A stretch of 64,000 bases of DNA from an uncultured Actinomycetes bacterium (lineage in GTDB: Bacteria > Actinomycetota > Acidimicrobiia > IMCC26256 > DASPTH01): NCBI GenBank assembly GCA_963784595.1, contig CAWARX010000002.1, forward strand, positions 34,057 through 98,056. The letters run 5' to 3'. This document shows positions 8,553-18,052 of the stretch, piece by piece. Made by a program: the position numbers and the translations under genes. Under the pieces are notes generated by a model. The model made no database searches. It had not been told where the DNA came from and worked only from the letters and a program-made list of their open reading frames with translations. Position 1 is the stretch's first letter. Every line of letters begins with the position of its first letter.

Positions 8553-10430
8553 ATGATGCACCAGGCCGTCCACGGCTTCGGCCGCGACGCCAAAGCCGTC
8601 AAGGGCAAGAAGCTCGAACGCGAGCTCCTTCGGCGTGTGCTGCGCCTGGCGCGCCCGTACCGCAAGCAGCTCATCGGCTTCGTCATCACCGTGGTGCTCG
8701 CCGCGGTGATCAGCGCGGTGCCGCCGCTCATCCTCCGCGCCCTGATCGACACGGCCATCCCCGAGAAGGATCGCCAGCTCGTCGGCTTCCTCGCGTTCGG
8801 GGCTGTCGTTCCTCGCCCTCCTCAACGCGAGCCTCACGCTGGTGCAGCGCTACTACTCGGCCCGGATCGGTGAAGGTCTCATCTTCGACATGCGCACGGC
8901 GCTGTTCGACCACGTGCAGCACCAGCCCCTCTCGTTCTTCACCCGGACCCAGACCGGTTCGCTCATGTCGCGGATGAACAACGACGTGATCGGTGCGCAG
9001 CAGGCCGTCACCAACACGCTCGGCACCGTGTTCTCGAACCTGGTGTCGGTGGTCGTCACCATCTCGTTCATGCTGGCGCTCGAGTGGCGGCTCACCCTCC
9101 TGACCCTGGTCATCCTCCCGCTGTTCATCGTCCCGGCCAAGCGCATGGGACCCAAGCTGCAGCGACTCACCCGCGAGAGCATGCAGCTCAACGCGTCGAT
9201 GAACAACACCATCGCCGAGCGCTTCAACGTCGGTGGCGCGCTCGGTCGTCAAGCTGTTCGGCCGCCACACCCGCGAGTCGGAGACCTTCTCCGACCGCGC
9301 CGGGCGCGTGCGCGACATCGGCGTGCAGACCGCGATGTACTCACGGGTGCTGTTCGCCGCCCTCGGTCTGGTCGCCGCGGTGGGTACCGCGATCGTCTAC
9401 TTCGTCGGCGGCAACCTCGCCATCTCCGGCACCATCGGCGTCGGCACCATCGCGGCGTTCGCGGTCTACGTGAGCCAGATCTACCAGCCGCTCACGCAGC
9501 TGGCCAACGCCCGGGTCGACGTCCTCACCGCGCTCGGTGTCGTTCGAGCGCGTGTTCGAGGTCCTCGACTTCGCGCCGCTCATCTCGAACCGACCCGGGG
9601 CCGTCGACCTCGTCGACCCCGGTGGGTTGGTCGAGTTCGACCACGTGTGGTTCCGCCATCCCTCGGCGGCGATGTCGTCGATCGCGTCGCTCGAGGAGCA
9701 GACCGGCGCCACCGACCTGGAAGACGAGAGCGCGTGGATCCTGCGGGACGTCAGCTTCACCGTGGCGCCGGGCGAGCTCGTCGCGCTGGTCGGGCCGTCG
9801 GGCGCGGGGAAGACCACGAGCGCGCTCCTCGTGCCGCGCATCTACGACGTCAGCGCCGGTGAGGTGCGGGTCGACGGCCACGACGTGCGCGACTACACGC
9901 TCGAGTCCCTGCGCGGCTCTGTCGGCATGGTGATGCAGGACCCGCACCTGTTCCACGACACCGTCCGCGCCAACCTGCGCTACGCCCGCCCCGACGCCAC
10001 CGACGCCGAGCTGGTCGATGCCTGCATGGCGGCACGCATCCACGGGATGATCGCGGGGCTCCCCGACGGGTACGACACCCTGGTCGGCGAACGCGGCTAC
10101 CGGATGTCGGGTGGCGAGAAGCAGCGCCTCGCCATCGCCCGCATGCTGTTGAAGGACCCCGCAGTGGTCATCCTCGACGAGGCGACCTCGCACCTCGACT
10201 CCGAGTCCGAGCTCGCCATCCAGCACGCGCTGGCCGACGCGCTCAAAGGACGGACGTCGTTGGTGATCGCGCACCGCCTGTCGACGATCGTCGCCGCGGA
10301 CCGCATCCTGGTGTTGGAAGACGGGCGCATCATCGAGAGCGGTCGGCACGAAGACCTCCTGCGTGCCGGCGGCCTCTACACCGACCTGTACCAGACCCAG
10401 GTCGACCAACCGACGGCCGACGCGGGATGA
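8553..10430 (+). pseudogene. ABC transporter ATP-binding protein/permease (fused TMD-NBD exporter), interrupted by three +1 frame changes
   Basis: The protein is spread over ORFs 8553..8873, 8842..9933, 9233..9862 and 9537..10430. The frame switches lie at about 8799-8802, 9244-9245 and 9536-9537. NBD motifs: GPSGAGKTT, MSGGEKQRLAIAR, VVILDEATSHLD, IAHRL. Confidence 0.85.
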
Positions 10431-10619
10431 TCCCGGAATGACCGGGGGCGCGCGCTCGGCTCTCCGCCGTCGGTGCCCTACTGGCGGGGATCGCCTCGGT
10501 CGCGGTCGCGACCGTCGTGCTCTGGAACAAATGGGCGGCCCTCCTCGGCGCCCTGGCCGCGATCGTGGTCGCGACCATGGCCGTCTGGTACGTGCTGACG
10601 CGCCACGGGGTCGGCGCGC

Positions 10620-11798
10620 GTGCTCGCGGCGCTGGTGGCAGTGGCCGCGGTGGCGGTGGCGCTGGTCACCTTGCTGCGCCACCACAGCATCCTCGGCATC
10701 GTCGTCGTGTTCGTGCTCGCGATCACCACCGCCCTGCTGGCGCGCGTCGCCCTGCGCACCGACCGCAAGGCGCTGCGCGTCCAGGCCCCGCCCGGTGTCC
10801 ACGTCGGCGCCGCCCGCCATCCGGTGCTGATCCTCAACCCGCGGTCGGGTGGCGGCAAGGCCGACGCCCAGTTCGGCACCGAGGCGAGGGCCCGCGGGAT
10901 CGAGACCGTCACGCTCGAGCCCGGCGACGATCTCGAAGCGCTCGCCCGCGACGCGATCGGCCGCGGCGCCGACGTCATCGGCATGGCCGGAGGCGACGGG
11001 TCCCAGGCGCTCGTCGCCGGCGTCGCCGCCGAGCACGACGTGCCGTTCGTGTGCATCCCCGCCGGCACGCGCAACCACTTCGCCCTCGATCTCGGGATCG
11101 ACCGCGACGACGTCATCGGCGCGCTCGACGCGTTCACCAACGGCTACGAGCGCGTCGTCGACCTCGCCGCGGTGAACGGGCGCGTGTTCGTGAACAACGT
11201 GTCGTTCGGGATCTACGCGGCGATCGTGCAGTCCGACGAGTACCGCGACGCCAAGCTCGACACCACGGCCAGGATGCTGCCCGACCTGCTCGGAACCGAC
11301 TACGACCCCTTCGACTTCGACCTCGACGGTCCTCCCGGCACCGGGCACGTCCGACCCGACCTCATCCTCGTCTCGAACAATTGCTACAAGCTCGACGGCA
11401 TCGGCGGGATCGGCACGCGGGAGCACCTCGACGAGGGGGTGCTCGGCGTCATCGTCATCGACGTGAAGAATGCCGCCGCGCTCGCGCAGCTCGTGACCCT
11501 CTCCAGCGCGGGCCGCGGCTCCGCGTACCCCGGCTGGCACGAATGGACGGTCTCGGCGCTCGAGATCCGCTCCGGGAAGCCGGTCGACGCCGGGATCGAC
11601 GGCGAGGCCGTCACGCTCGATGCACCGGTGCGCCTCGAGGTCGTGCCCGGCGCGCTGCACGTCAGGATCGCTCCGCACCACCCCGGCGTCTCGCCCGCGG
11701 CGATCGCAGGCACCGTCCAGCGGGGTGGGCCCCGGCGGCTCGTGCGCATCGTGCTGGGGCGCGACGCTGAACCGTCCCCGGCGGGTGCCGCCGGTTAG
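10620..11798 (+). CDS. diacylglycerol kinase family lipid kinase with N-terminal TM segments
   Basis: 392 aa. DAGK catalytic motifs LILNPRSGGGK and GMAGGDGSQ. The true N-terminus may lie further upstream at 10438 (see findings). Confidence 0.8.
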   Translation: MLAALVAVAAVAVALVTLLRHHSILGIVVVFVLAITTALLARVALRTDRKALRVQAPPGVHVGAARHPVLILNPRSGGGKADAQFGTEARARGIETVTLEPGDDLEALARDAIGRGADVIGMAGGDGSQALVAGVAAEHDVPFVCIPAGTRNHFALDLGIDRDDVIGALDAFTNGYERVVDLAAVNGRVFVNNVSFGIYAAIVQSDEYRDAKLDTTARMLPDLLGTDYDPFDFDLDGPPGTGHVRPDLILVSNNCYKLDGIGGIGTREHLDEGVLGVIVIDVKNAAALAQLVTLSSAGRGSAYPGWHEWTVSALEIRSGKPVDAGIDGEAVTLDAPVRLEVVPGALHVRIAPHHPGVSPAAIAGTVQRGGPRRLVRIVLGRDAEPSPAGAAG

Positions 11799-11857
11799 CA
11801 TCGTCTCTTCGCCGGATGCCGGTTCCCGACGGCCGGTGCCGCCCGCGAACGTCTCCC

Positions 11858-12955
11858 ATGGCCGATCCCGCACCCCACACCGACGCGCCTCCCGATCGCC
11901 GAGACCGGCGCAGCCAGCGACGCCGGCGCCGGCTGCGCCGGATCGCCGTGATCGTCGCGTCGATCCTCGGGCTCGCCGCGTTCGTGCTGTTCGCGACCGA
12001 CCTCGTCCGGGTCGGCAGCGGCGAACGACCGTCGCTCGCGGGGACCCTGCACTCCGGCGCCGAGACCGCCTCCACGACCACGACCACCTCGGCCGAGACC
12101 ACGAGCTGTCGGACCCTCTCGACCACCGATCCGCTCCGGCTCTGGGTCGGCGGCGATTCGCTCGCCGGATCGCTCGGCCCGTCGCTCGGGGCCATCGCGG
12201 GCGCGACCGGCGTCGTGCAGCCGTATTTCGACTCACGCGTGTCGAGCGGGCTGGCCGACCCGGGCTTCTTCGACTGGCCCACGCACGCGACCACCGAGCT
12301 GGCCACCGTCAACCCCGAGATCGTGGTGTTCATCATCGGCGCCAACGACTGGGGCGACGTCTCGGGCGACACCTGGAAGGCCGACTACGAGCAGAAGGTC
12401 GACGCCATGATGACCACGCTCGTCGGGTCCGGCCGCACGGTCTACTGGATCGGCTCCCCGACCCTGAAGGACCAGAAGATGGACGCGGCGGTGGTGGAGG
12501 TCAACGCCGTCGCCGTCGAGGTGGCCAAGCGCCACCCCGAGGTGCACTACGTCGACGCCTACACGTTGTTCTCCGACACCGACGGCACCTTCGCGTTCAA
12601 CCTGCCCGACGAGACCGGCAAAGTGGTGACCATGCGGGCGGGCGACGGCGTGCACCTGACCACGGACGGCGCCGACTACCTGGCGCGCGCGGTCTACAAG
12701 CTGGTCGACGCGCAGTGTCACGTGACCGCACAGAAGGTCGCGGGCGAGACCAAGCCGACCATCGAGAGCGAGGGCAGCACGCAGGTCGCGCCCGGCGCCA
12801 GCGCCGGTTCCTCGGGCGGCGGGACGATCGCCACCACACCACCGGCGACCGCGCCGCCCGCGACCGACCCTCCGGTCACCTCACCGCCGGTCGTCACCGA
12901 CCCTCCGGCTACCACCACGGCGACGACGGCACCCCCGGTACCTTCGACCCCTTGA
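11858..12955 (+). CDS. SGNH/GDSL hydrolase family protein (DUF459-like) with an N-terminal TM anchor and a Pro/Thr-rich tail
   Basis: From ORF 11816..12955, ATG at 11858. Blocks WVGGDSLAG, IIGANDW and GDGVHLT. The C-terminus carries repeated DPP(A/V)T. Confidence 0.75.
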   Translation: MADPAPHTDAPPDRRDRRSQRRRRRLRRIAVIVASILGLAAFVLFATDLVRVGSGERPSLAGTLHSGAETASTTTTTSAETTSCRTLSTTDPLRLWVGGDSLAGSLGPSLGAIAGATGVVQPYFDSRVSSGLADPGFFDWPTHATTELATVNPEIVVFIIGANDWGDVSGDTWKADYEQKVDAMMTTLVGSGRTVYWIGSPTLKDQKMDAAVVEVNAVAVEVAKRHPEVHYVDAYTLFSDTDGTFAFNLPDETGKVVTMRAGDGVHLTTDGADYLARAVYKLVDAQCHVTAQKVAGETKPTIESEGSTQVAPGASAGSSGGGTIATTPPATAPPATDPPVTSPPVVTDPPATTTATTAPPVPSTP

Positions 12956-12972
12956 TCCCGTGAGGGCGTCGG

Positions 12973-12978
12973 TAGGCT
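12973..12978 (+). promoter_or_regulatory. -10-like hexamer TAGGCT, 7 nt upstream of the ACAD ATG (leaderless candidate)
   Basis: TAnnnT at 12973-78 and ATG at 12986, with no SD sequence between them. Confidence 0.3.
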
Positions 12979-12985
12979 GCGCGCC

Positions 12986-14623
12986 ATGACCGACACGTCC
13001 ACGACGGTCGCGCTCGAGGCTGCCGCCACCGCCGTCGACCGGGCGGCCGAGGTCGTCGCCATCGCCACCGATCACCTGGCCCACGCGGCCACCGTCGACG
13101 GTCGCATCTCGGTCGCCCGCCTCGACGAGCACCAGGTGCTCGGCTACGACCTCGCTCACGCCGCGAGTGCGGTCGAGGGCGCGCGCGTGATGCTCGACTA
13201 CGGCGACCGCGGCGAGGTCGAGTCGCTGCTCGCGCGCGCCTTCGTCGCCGACGCGGTCGCCGAGCTCGGCGCCAAGCTGCTCGGACGCGAAGGCGTGTGG
13301 GGCGTCGACGCCTCGGTGCTCATCGACGCGTGGCCCTTCGTCGAGGAGCACCGCTCGCCCGAGTTCCTCGAATCGGTCGCCGCGACCCTCGACCGCACCG
13401 GTACCGGGCCGAGCCACCTGCCCGACGACTTCCAGCTCGCCGCCGACACCTTCCACCGATTCGCCGAGGACAAGATCCGCCCGGTCGCCGAGCACATCCA
13501 CCGCGCCAACACCGACGTCCCCGAGGACCTCATCGAGGGCCTCGCCGAGCTCGGCGGCTTCGGCCTGTCGGTCCCCGAGGAGTTCGGTGGGTTCGCGAGC
13601 GGCGGCGAGGCCGACTACCTCGGCATGGTGGTCGCCACCGAGGAGCTCTCGTGGGGATCGCTGGGCGTCGGCGGCTCGCTCATCACCCGCCCCGAGATCC
13701 TCACCCGCGCCATCGTCGCGGGCGGCACCGACGAGCAGAAGCGACGGTGGCTGCCGAGCATCGCCGCGGGCGAGCTGATGGTCGGGGTCACCGTCACCGA
13801 ACCCGACTACGGCTCCGACGTCGCGGGCGTCAGCACCATGGCCACGCCGGTGGACGGCGGATACCGCATCAACGGGGTGAAGACCTGGGCCACGTTCGCG
13901 GGCCGGGCCAACCTGCTCATGCTGCTGGCCCGCACCGACCCCGACAAGAGCCTCTCCCACCGCGGCCTGTCGCTGTTCGTCGTCGAGAAGGACGCGGTCG
14001 CCGGCCACGCGTTCGCACTCGAGCAGCCCGAAGGGGGCAAGCTCGACGGGCGCGCCATCGACACCATCGGGTACCGGGGGATGCACTCCTACGAGGTGTC
14101 GTTCTCCGACTGGTTCGTCCCCACCGCGAACCTGGTCGGCGGCGAAGGTGGGCTCGGCAAGGGGTTCTACCTGCAGATGGAGGGTTTCGAGAACGGCCGG
14201 CTCCAGACCGCGGCGCGTGCCGTCGGCCTCATGCAGGCCGCGTTCGAGGCCGGGCTCGAGTACGCGCAGCAACGGGTCGTCTTCGGCAAGCCGGTGTTCG
14301 ACTACGAGCTGAGCCGGATGAAGCTGGCCCGCACGGCCGCGCTCATCCAAGGCGGTCGGCAGTTCTCCTACGACGTGGCCCGCCGCATGGGCCGCGGCGA
14401 GGGCACGCTCTCCGCGTCGATGGTGAAGGCGTACGTCTGCCGCTCGGCGGAATGGGTGACCCGCGAAGCGATGCAGCTCCACGGCGGCATGGGATACGCG
14501 GAGGAGTTCCCGGTGTCGCGCTACTTCGTCGACGCGCGCGTGCTCTCCATCTTCGAAGGCGCCGACGAGACGCTCTGCCTGCGGGTGATCGCGCGCCGCC
14601 TGGCCGAGCAGGCGCTCGGCTGA
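12986..14623 (+). CDS. acyl-CoA dehydrogenase family protein (long N-terminal extension type)
   Basis: 545 aa. ACAD middle and C-terminal blocks (TEPDYGSD, GMGYAEEFPVSRYFVDARVLSIFEGADE). Confidence 0.9.
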   Translation: MTDTSTTVALEAAATAVDRAAEVVAIATDHLAHAATVDGRISVARLDEHQVLGYDLAHAASAVEGARVMLDYGDRGEVESLLARAFVADAVAELGAKLLGREGVWGVDASVLIDAWPFVEEHRSPEFLESVAATLDRTGTGPSHLPDDFQLAADTFHRFAEDKIRPVAEHIHRANTDVPEDLIEGLAELGGFGLSVPEEFGGFASGGEADYLGMVVATEELSWGSLGVGGSLITRPEILTRAIVAGGTDEQKRRWLPSIAAGELMVGVTVTEPDYGSDVAGVSTMATPVDGGYRINGVKTWATFAGRANLLMLLARTDPDKSLSHRGLSLFVVEKDAVAGHAFALEQPEGGKLDGRAIDTIGYRGMHSYEVSFSDWFVPTANLVGGEGGLGKGFYLQMEGFENGRLQTAARAVGLMQAAFEAGLEYAQQRVVFGKPVFDYELSRMKLARTAALIQGGRQFSYDVARRMGRGEGTLSASMVKAYVCRSAEWVTREAMQLHGGMGYAEEFPVSRYFVDARVLSIFEGADETLCLRVIARRLAEQALG

Positions 14624-14634
14624 GGACCTTCCCG

Positions 14635-16515
14635 GTGGCACACGGACACCCGGCGACCGTCGCGGCGAACCGTGCCGTCTCCTTGCGGCTCCCGTTCGGC
14701 GACCGCGACGACTTCGACGACGCACGGAGAGGGCTCATCACTTCGCTGTCGCCCGCGCTGGTCACCGCGACCGACGGCCGCGTCGTGTGGGATCTCGAGT
14801 CCTACGGCTTCCTGGACGCCGAGTGCCCGGACACCGCCAACCCCAGCCTCTGGCGCCAGTCGCAGCTCAACGCCATCCACGGTCTCTTCGAGGTCACCGC
14901 CGGCATCTACCAGGTGCGCGGGCTGGACCTCTCGAACATGACGATCGTCGAGGGGCGGCGGGGCGTGATCGTGATCGACCCGCTGATCTCCACCGAGACG
15001 GCCGCCGCCGCGCTCGCGCTCTACCGCAGCCGGCGCGGCGACCGCCCGGTCACCGGTGTGATCTACACGCATTCGCACGTCGACCACTTCGGCGGCGTGA
15101 AGGGCGTGGTCGACCCGGGTGAGGTGGTGGCCGGGAACGTCCCCGTGCTCGCTCCCGACGGCTTCCTGCACCACGCGGTGAGCGAGAACGTGTACGCGGG
15201 TACCGCGATGGCGCGGCGCGCCGTGTACATGTACGGCGCCCTCCTGGAGAAGGGACCGGCCGGCCAGATCGGTGCCGGCCTCGGCCAGACCACCTCGACG
15301 GGCACCGTCACGCTGATCGCGCCGACACTCGACATCGTGCGCACCGGCCAGGAAGAGAACATCGACGGCGTCCGCATCGTGTTCCAGGTCACGCCGGGCA
15401 CCGAAGCACCCGCGGAGATGAACTTCTTCTTCCCCGACCACGGAGCGTTCTGCGCCGCCGAGAACGCCACGCACAACCTGCACAACATCCTGACCCTGCG
15501 CGGCGCCGTCGTGCGTGACGCGCACGTGTGGTCGCGCTACCTGAACGAGGCGATCGACCTCTACGGCGCCGACATCGACGTGCTCTTCGCCCAGCACCAC
15601 TGGCCCCGGTGGGGCCGCGAACGCATCGGCGAGTTCCTCCGCAAGCAGCGTGACGTGTACGGCTACCTGCACGACCAGACCGTGCGCCTGATGAACCAGG
15701 GGCACATCGGCAGCGAGATCGCGGAGATGCTCGAACTGCCGCCTTCGCTCGAGCAGGAGTGGCACTGCCGGAGCTACTACGGCTCGGTGAGCCACAACGT
15801 GAAGGCGATCTACCAGCGGTACATGGGCTGGTTCGACGGAAACCCCGCGCACCTCTGGCAACACCCGCCGGTCGAGGCCGCGACGCGTTACGTGGAGTTC
15901 ATGGGCGGCGCCGATGCGGCGCTCGGCCGGGCGCGGGAGTCGTTCGACGCCGGCGACTTCCGTTGGGTCGCCGAGGTCGTCAGCCACGTGGTGTTCGCCG
16001 ATCCCACCAACCACGCGGCCCGCGAGTTGGAGGCGAGCGCGCTCGAGCAACTCGGCTACCAGGCGGAGAGCGGGCCGTGGCGCAACTTCTTCCTCATGGG
16101 CGCCCGTGAGCTCCGCGACGGCGCGGTCGGCACCGCGACCGTCACCGCCGGCGCCGACCTCATCGCCGCCCTCACCGTCGAGCAGCTCTGGGACGCCATC
16201 GCGGTGCGCCTGAACGGACCCGCGGCGTGGGAAATCGACCTCACGATCAACTGGGAATTCACCGATACCGGCGAGCGATATTCCCTCACCGTCGAGCACG
16301 GAGTGCTCACCCACTCGCGCGGTGCACGCCCGGGCGCCGACGCGACCGTGGCGCTCCCGAGGCGCGCGCTCGACGCCTTGATCCTCGGCACCGCGCCTCC
16401 GGCAGAGCCGGGGTCCGCCGGTTCCCCGACGATCACCGGCGACGCCGCCAAGCTCACCGAGCTCTTCGGTCTGCTCGACCGACCCGATCCGGGTTTCGCC
16501 ATCGTCACGCCCTGA
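14635..16515 (+). CDS. alkyl/aryl-sulfatase (MBL-fold type III sulfatase, SdsA1/BDS1-like) with a C-terminal SCP2-like domain
   Basis: The frame of ORF 13297..16515 is used from the GTG at 14635. HxHxDH motif THSHVDHFGG, followed by dimerisation and SCP2-like regions. No signal peptide is visible. Confidence 0.85.
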   Translation: MAHGHPATVAANRAVSLRLPFGDRDDFDDARRGLITSLSPALVTATDGRVVWDLESYGFLDAECPDTANPSLWRQSQLNAIHGLFEVTAGIYQVRGLDLSNMTIVEGRRGVIVIDPLISTETAAAALALYRSRRGDRPVTGVIYTHSHVDHFGGVKGVVDPGEVVAGNVPVLAPDGFLHHAVSENVYAGTAMARRAVYMYGALLEKGPAGQIGAGLGQTTSTGTVTLIAPTLDIVRTGQEENIDGVRIVFQVTPGTEAPAEMNFFFPDHGAFCAAENATHNLHNILTLRGAVVRDAHVWSRYLNEAIDLYGADIDVLFAQHHWPRWGRERIGEFLRKQRDVYGYLHDQTVRLMNQGHIGSEIAEMLELPPSLEQEWHCRSYYGSVSHNVKAIYQRYMGWFDGNPAHLWQHPPVEAATRYVEFMGGADAALGRARESFDAGDFRWVAEVVSHVVFADPTNHAARELEASALEQLGYQAESGPWRNFFLMGARELRDGAVGTATVTAGADLIAALTVEQLWDAIAVRLNGPAAWEIDLTINWEFTDTGERYSLTVEHGVLTHSRGARPGADATVALPRRALDALILGTAPPAEPGSAGSPTITGDAAKLTELFGLLDRPDPGFAIVTP

Positions 16516-16561
16516 CCGCGCGGGCAGGCAACGCGATCGGCGTTCCGAGCGTCGGAACCAC

Positions 16562-18052
16562 GTGGACCTTCCCATCGAGCTCGGGCCGTGCTCGAACGGC
16601 GAGTACGACCCCGCGCCGCTCTCGCCGGTCGTGCGCGAAGCGGTGCGGCGGGCGCGAAACGACTGCGACGAGAACGCGCGCCGCACCGGCGTCTCGCGCC
16701 GCCGATTTCTGCAATCGGCGTGCGGCGCAGCCACGACCTTGCTGGCGATCACGGCATGCGCCGACGAGTCGACCGAGCACATCCTGCGCCGGAAGCCGGG
16801 CGGCACCTATACGGTGCCACCCACCGCGGCGGTCGATCCCGACGCGGCGCGCGCCGCACTGGCCGGTGACGAGTTCGTGTTCGACGTGCAGGGCCACTTC
16901 CTCGACTACTCGGCGGGCACACCGGCGACGTCCCAGGGCCGCGACTTCTGGACGGGGTTCCCCCAACGCGAGTGCGGCGAGGCCGACCCCCGCGCCTGCT
17001 ACTCGGTCGACCACTTCATGGAGGAGGTGTTCCTGAAGAGCGACACCTCGATGGTCGCGCTGTCCGCGCCGCCGATCGCGCCGGAGGGCAGCCCGCTGTC
17101 ACCGGCCGCGCTCGATCAGGCCCGCCGGCTCGCGGCTGCGGTCTGCCACGACGAGCGCGTGCTGCTCCACGCCCAGGCGCTCCCGAACGTCGGCGATCTC
17201 CAGGCCAACCTCGACGCCATGGAAGCGGCGGTCGCGCAGTACCCGATCGTCAGTTGGAAGGTCTTCACCAACTTCCCCGATCTCTACGACGGGTCGGGGA
17301 ACGCGTGGCGCCTCGACGACGCCGATCCCGCGCTCCCCCGCGTGGCCGACGCGTTCATCCGCCAGGCGGTGGCGCTCGGCGTGCCGACCATCGCCGCCCA
17401 CAAGGGTCTGTCGACCACGCTCGGGTACACGTCCGCGCACGCGTCGCCGGTGGATCTCGGCCCGGCGGCGCGTGCGCATCCCGACGTCCGCTTCCTCGCG
17501 TACCACTCCGGCTTCGAAGCCGACTCCGTCGAAGGCCCCTACGACGAGGCGACGCGCGACCGGGGCGTCAACCGCCTGATCGCGAGCCTGCTCGACAGCG
17601 GGATCGGTCCCGGGCAGAACGTCTACGCGGAGCTGGGCACCACGTGGTGGTCACTCATGGGGAGCCCCGAGCAGGCCGCGCACGTCCTCGGCAAGCTGCT
17701 CGTCCACGTCGGTGAGGACAACGTGCTCTGGGGCACCGACGCGGTCTTCTACGGCTCCCCGCAGGGCCAGATCCAGGCGTTCCGGGCATTCCAGATCAGC
17801 GAGCAGTTCCAGGAGCAGTTCGGCTACCCGGCGCTCACCGACGAGATCAAGCGCAAGGTGCTCGGGCTCAACGCGCTGCGCCTGCACGACGTGGATCCAA
17901 TCACGGTCCCCTGCACCTTCACGCGTGAGGAGCTCGAGCAGCTCCGCCTGACCCTGCCCGCCGCCTCCGCGGCGACGGGTCCCCGGAACGCGACCCAGAT
18001 CGCGCGCGTTCGTCGCCCACGAGCGGGCGCAGCTCGGTGTCTAGCTACGTGA
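16562..18052 (+). CDS. amidohydrolase family protein, Tat-signal lipoprotein candidate
   Basis: 496 aa. Twin-arginine motif SRRRFLQS followed by LLAITAC (a lipobox-like ITAC). Amidohydrolase body follows. The C-terminal 15 codons are uncertain. Confidence 0.8.
   Translation: MDLPIELGPCSNGEYDPAPLSPVVREAVRRARNDCDENARRTGVSRRRFLQSACGAATTLLAITACADESTEHILRRKPGGTYTVPPTAAVDPDAARAALAGDEFVFDVQGHFLDYSAGTPATSQGRDFWTGFPQRECGEADPRACYSVDHFMEEVFLKSDTSMVALSAPPIAPEGSPLSPAALDQARRLAAAVCHDERVLLHAQALPNVGDLQANLDAMEAAVAQYPIVSWKVFTNFPDLYDGSGNAWRLDDADPALPRVADAFIRQAVALGVPTIAAHKGLSTTLGYTSAHASPVDLGPAARAHPDVRFLAYHSGFEADSVEGPYDEATRDRGVNRLIASLLDSGIGPGQNVYAELGTTWWSLMGSPEQAAHVLGKLLVHVGEDNVLWGTDAVFYGSPQGQIQAFRAFQISEQFQEQFGYPALTDEIKRKVLGLNALRLHDVDPITVPCTFTREELEQLRLTLPAASAATGPRNATQIARVRRPRAGAARCLAT

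Noticed and set aside
9525-12236. Very long ORFs on the opposite strand or in alternative frames of real genes. Examples: 9525..12236 (-) 903 aa, 12881..14725 (-), 14521..16806 (-), 25023..27152 (+), 29732..31708 (-), 36079..37716 (+), 52526..55150 (+), 58568..60601 (-) and 60559..62700 (-).
   Set aside because: Their translations are Arg/Gly/Pro/Ala-rich low-complexity strings with no recognisable domains. They fully overlap genes that have clear family motifs. Long spurious ORFs are expected in DNA of about 70% GC because stop codons are rare.
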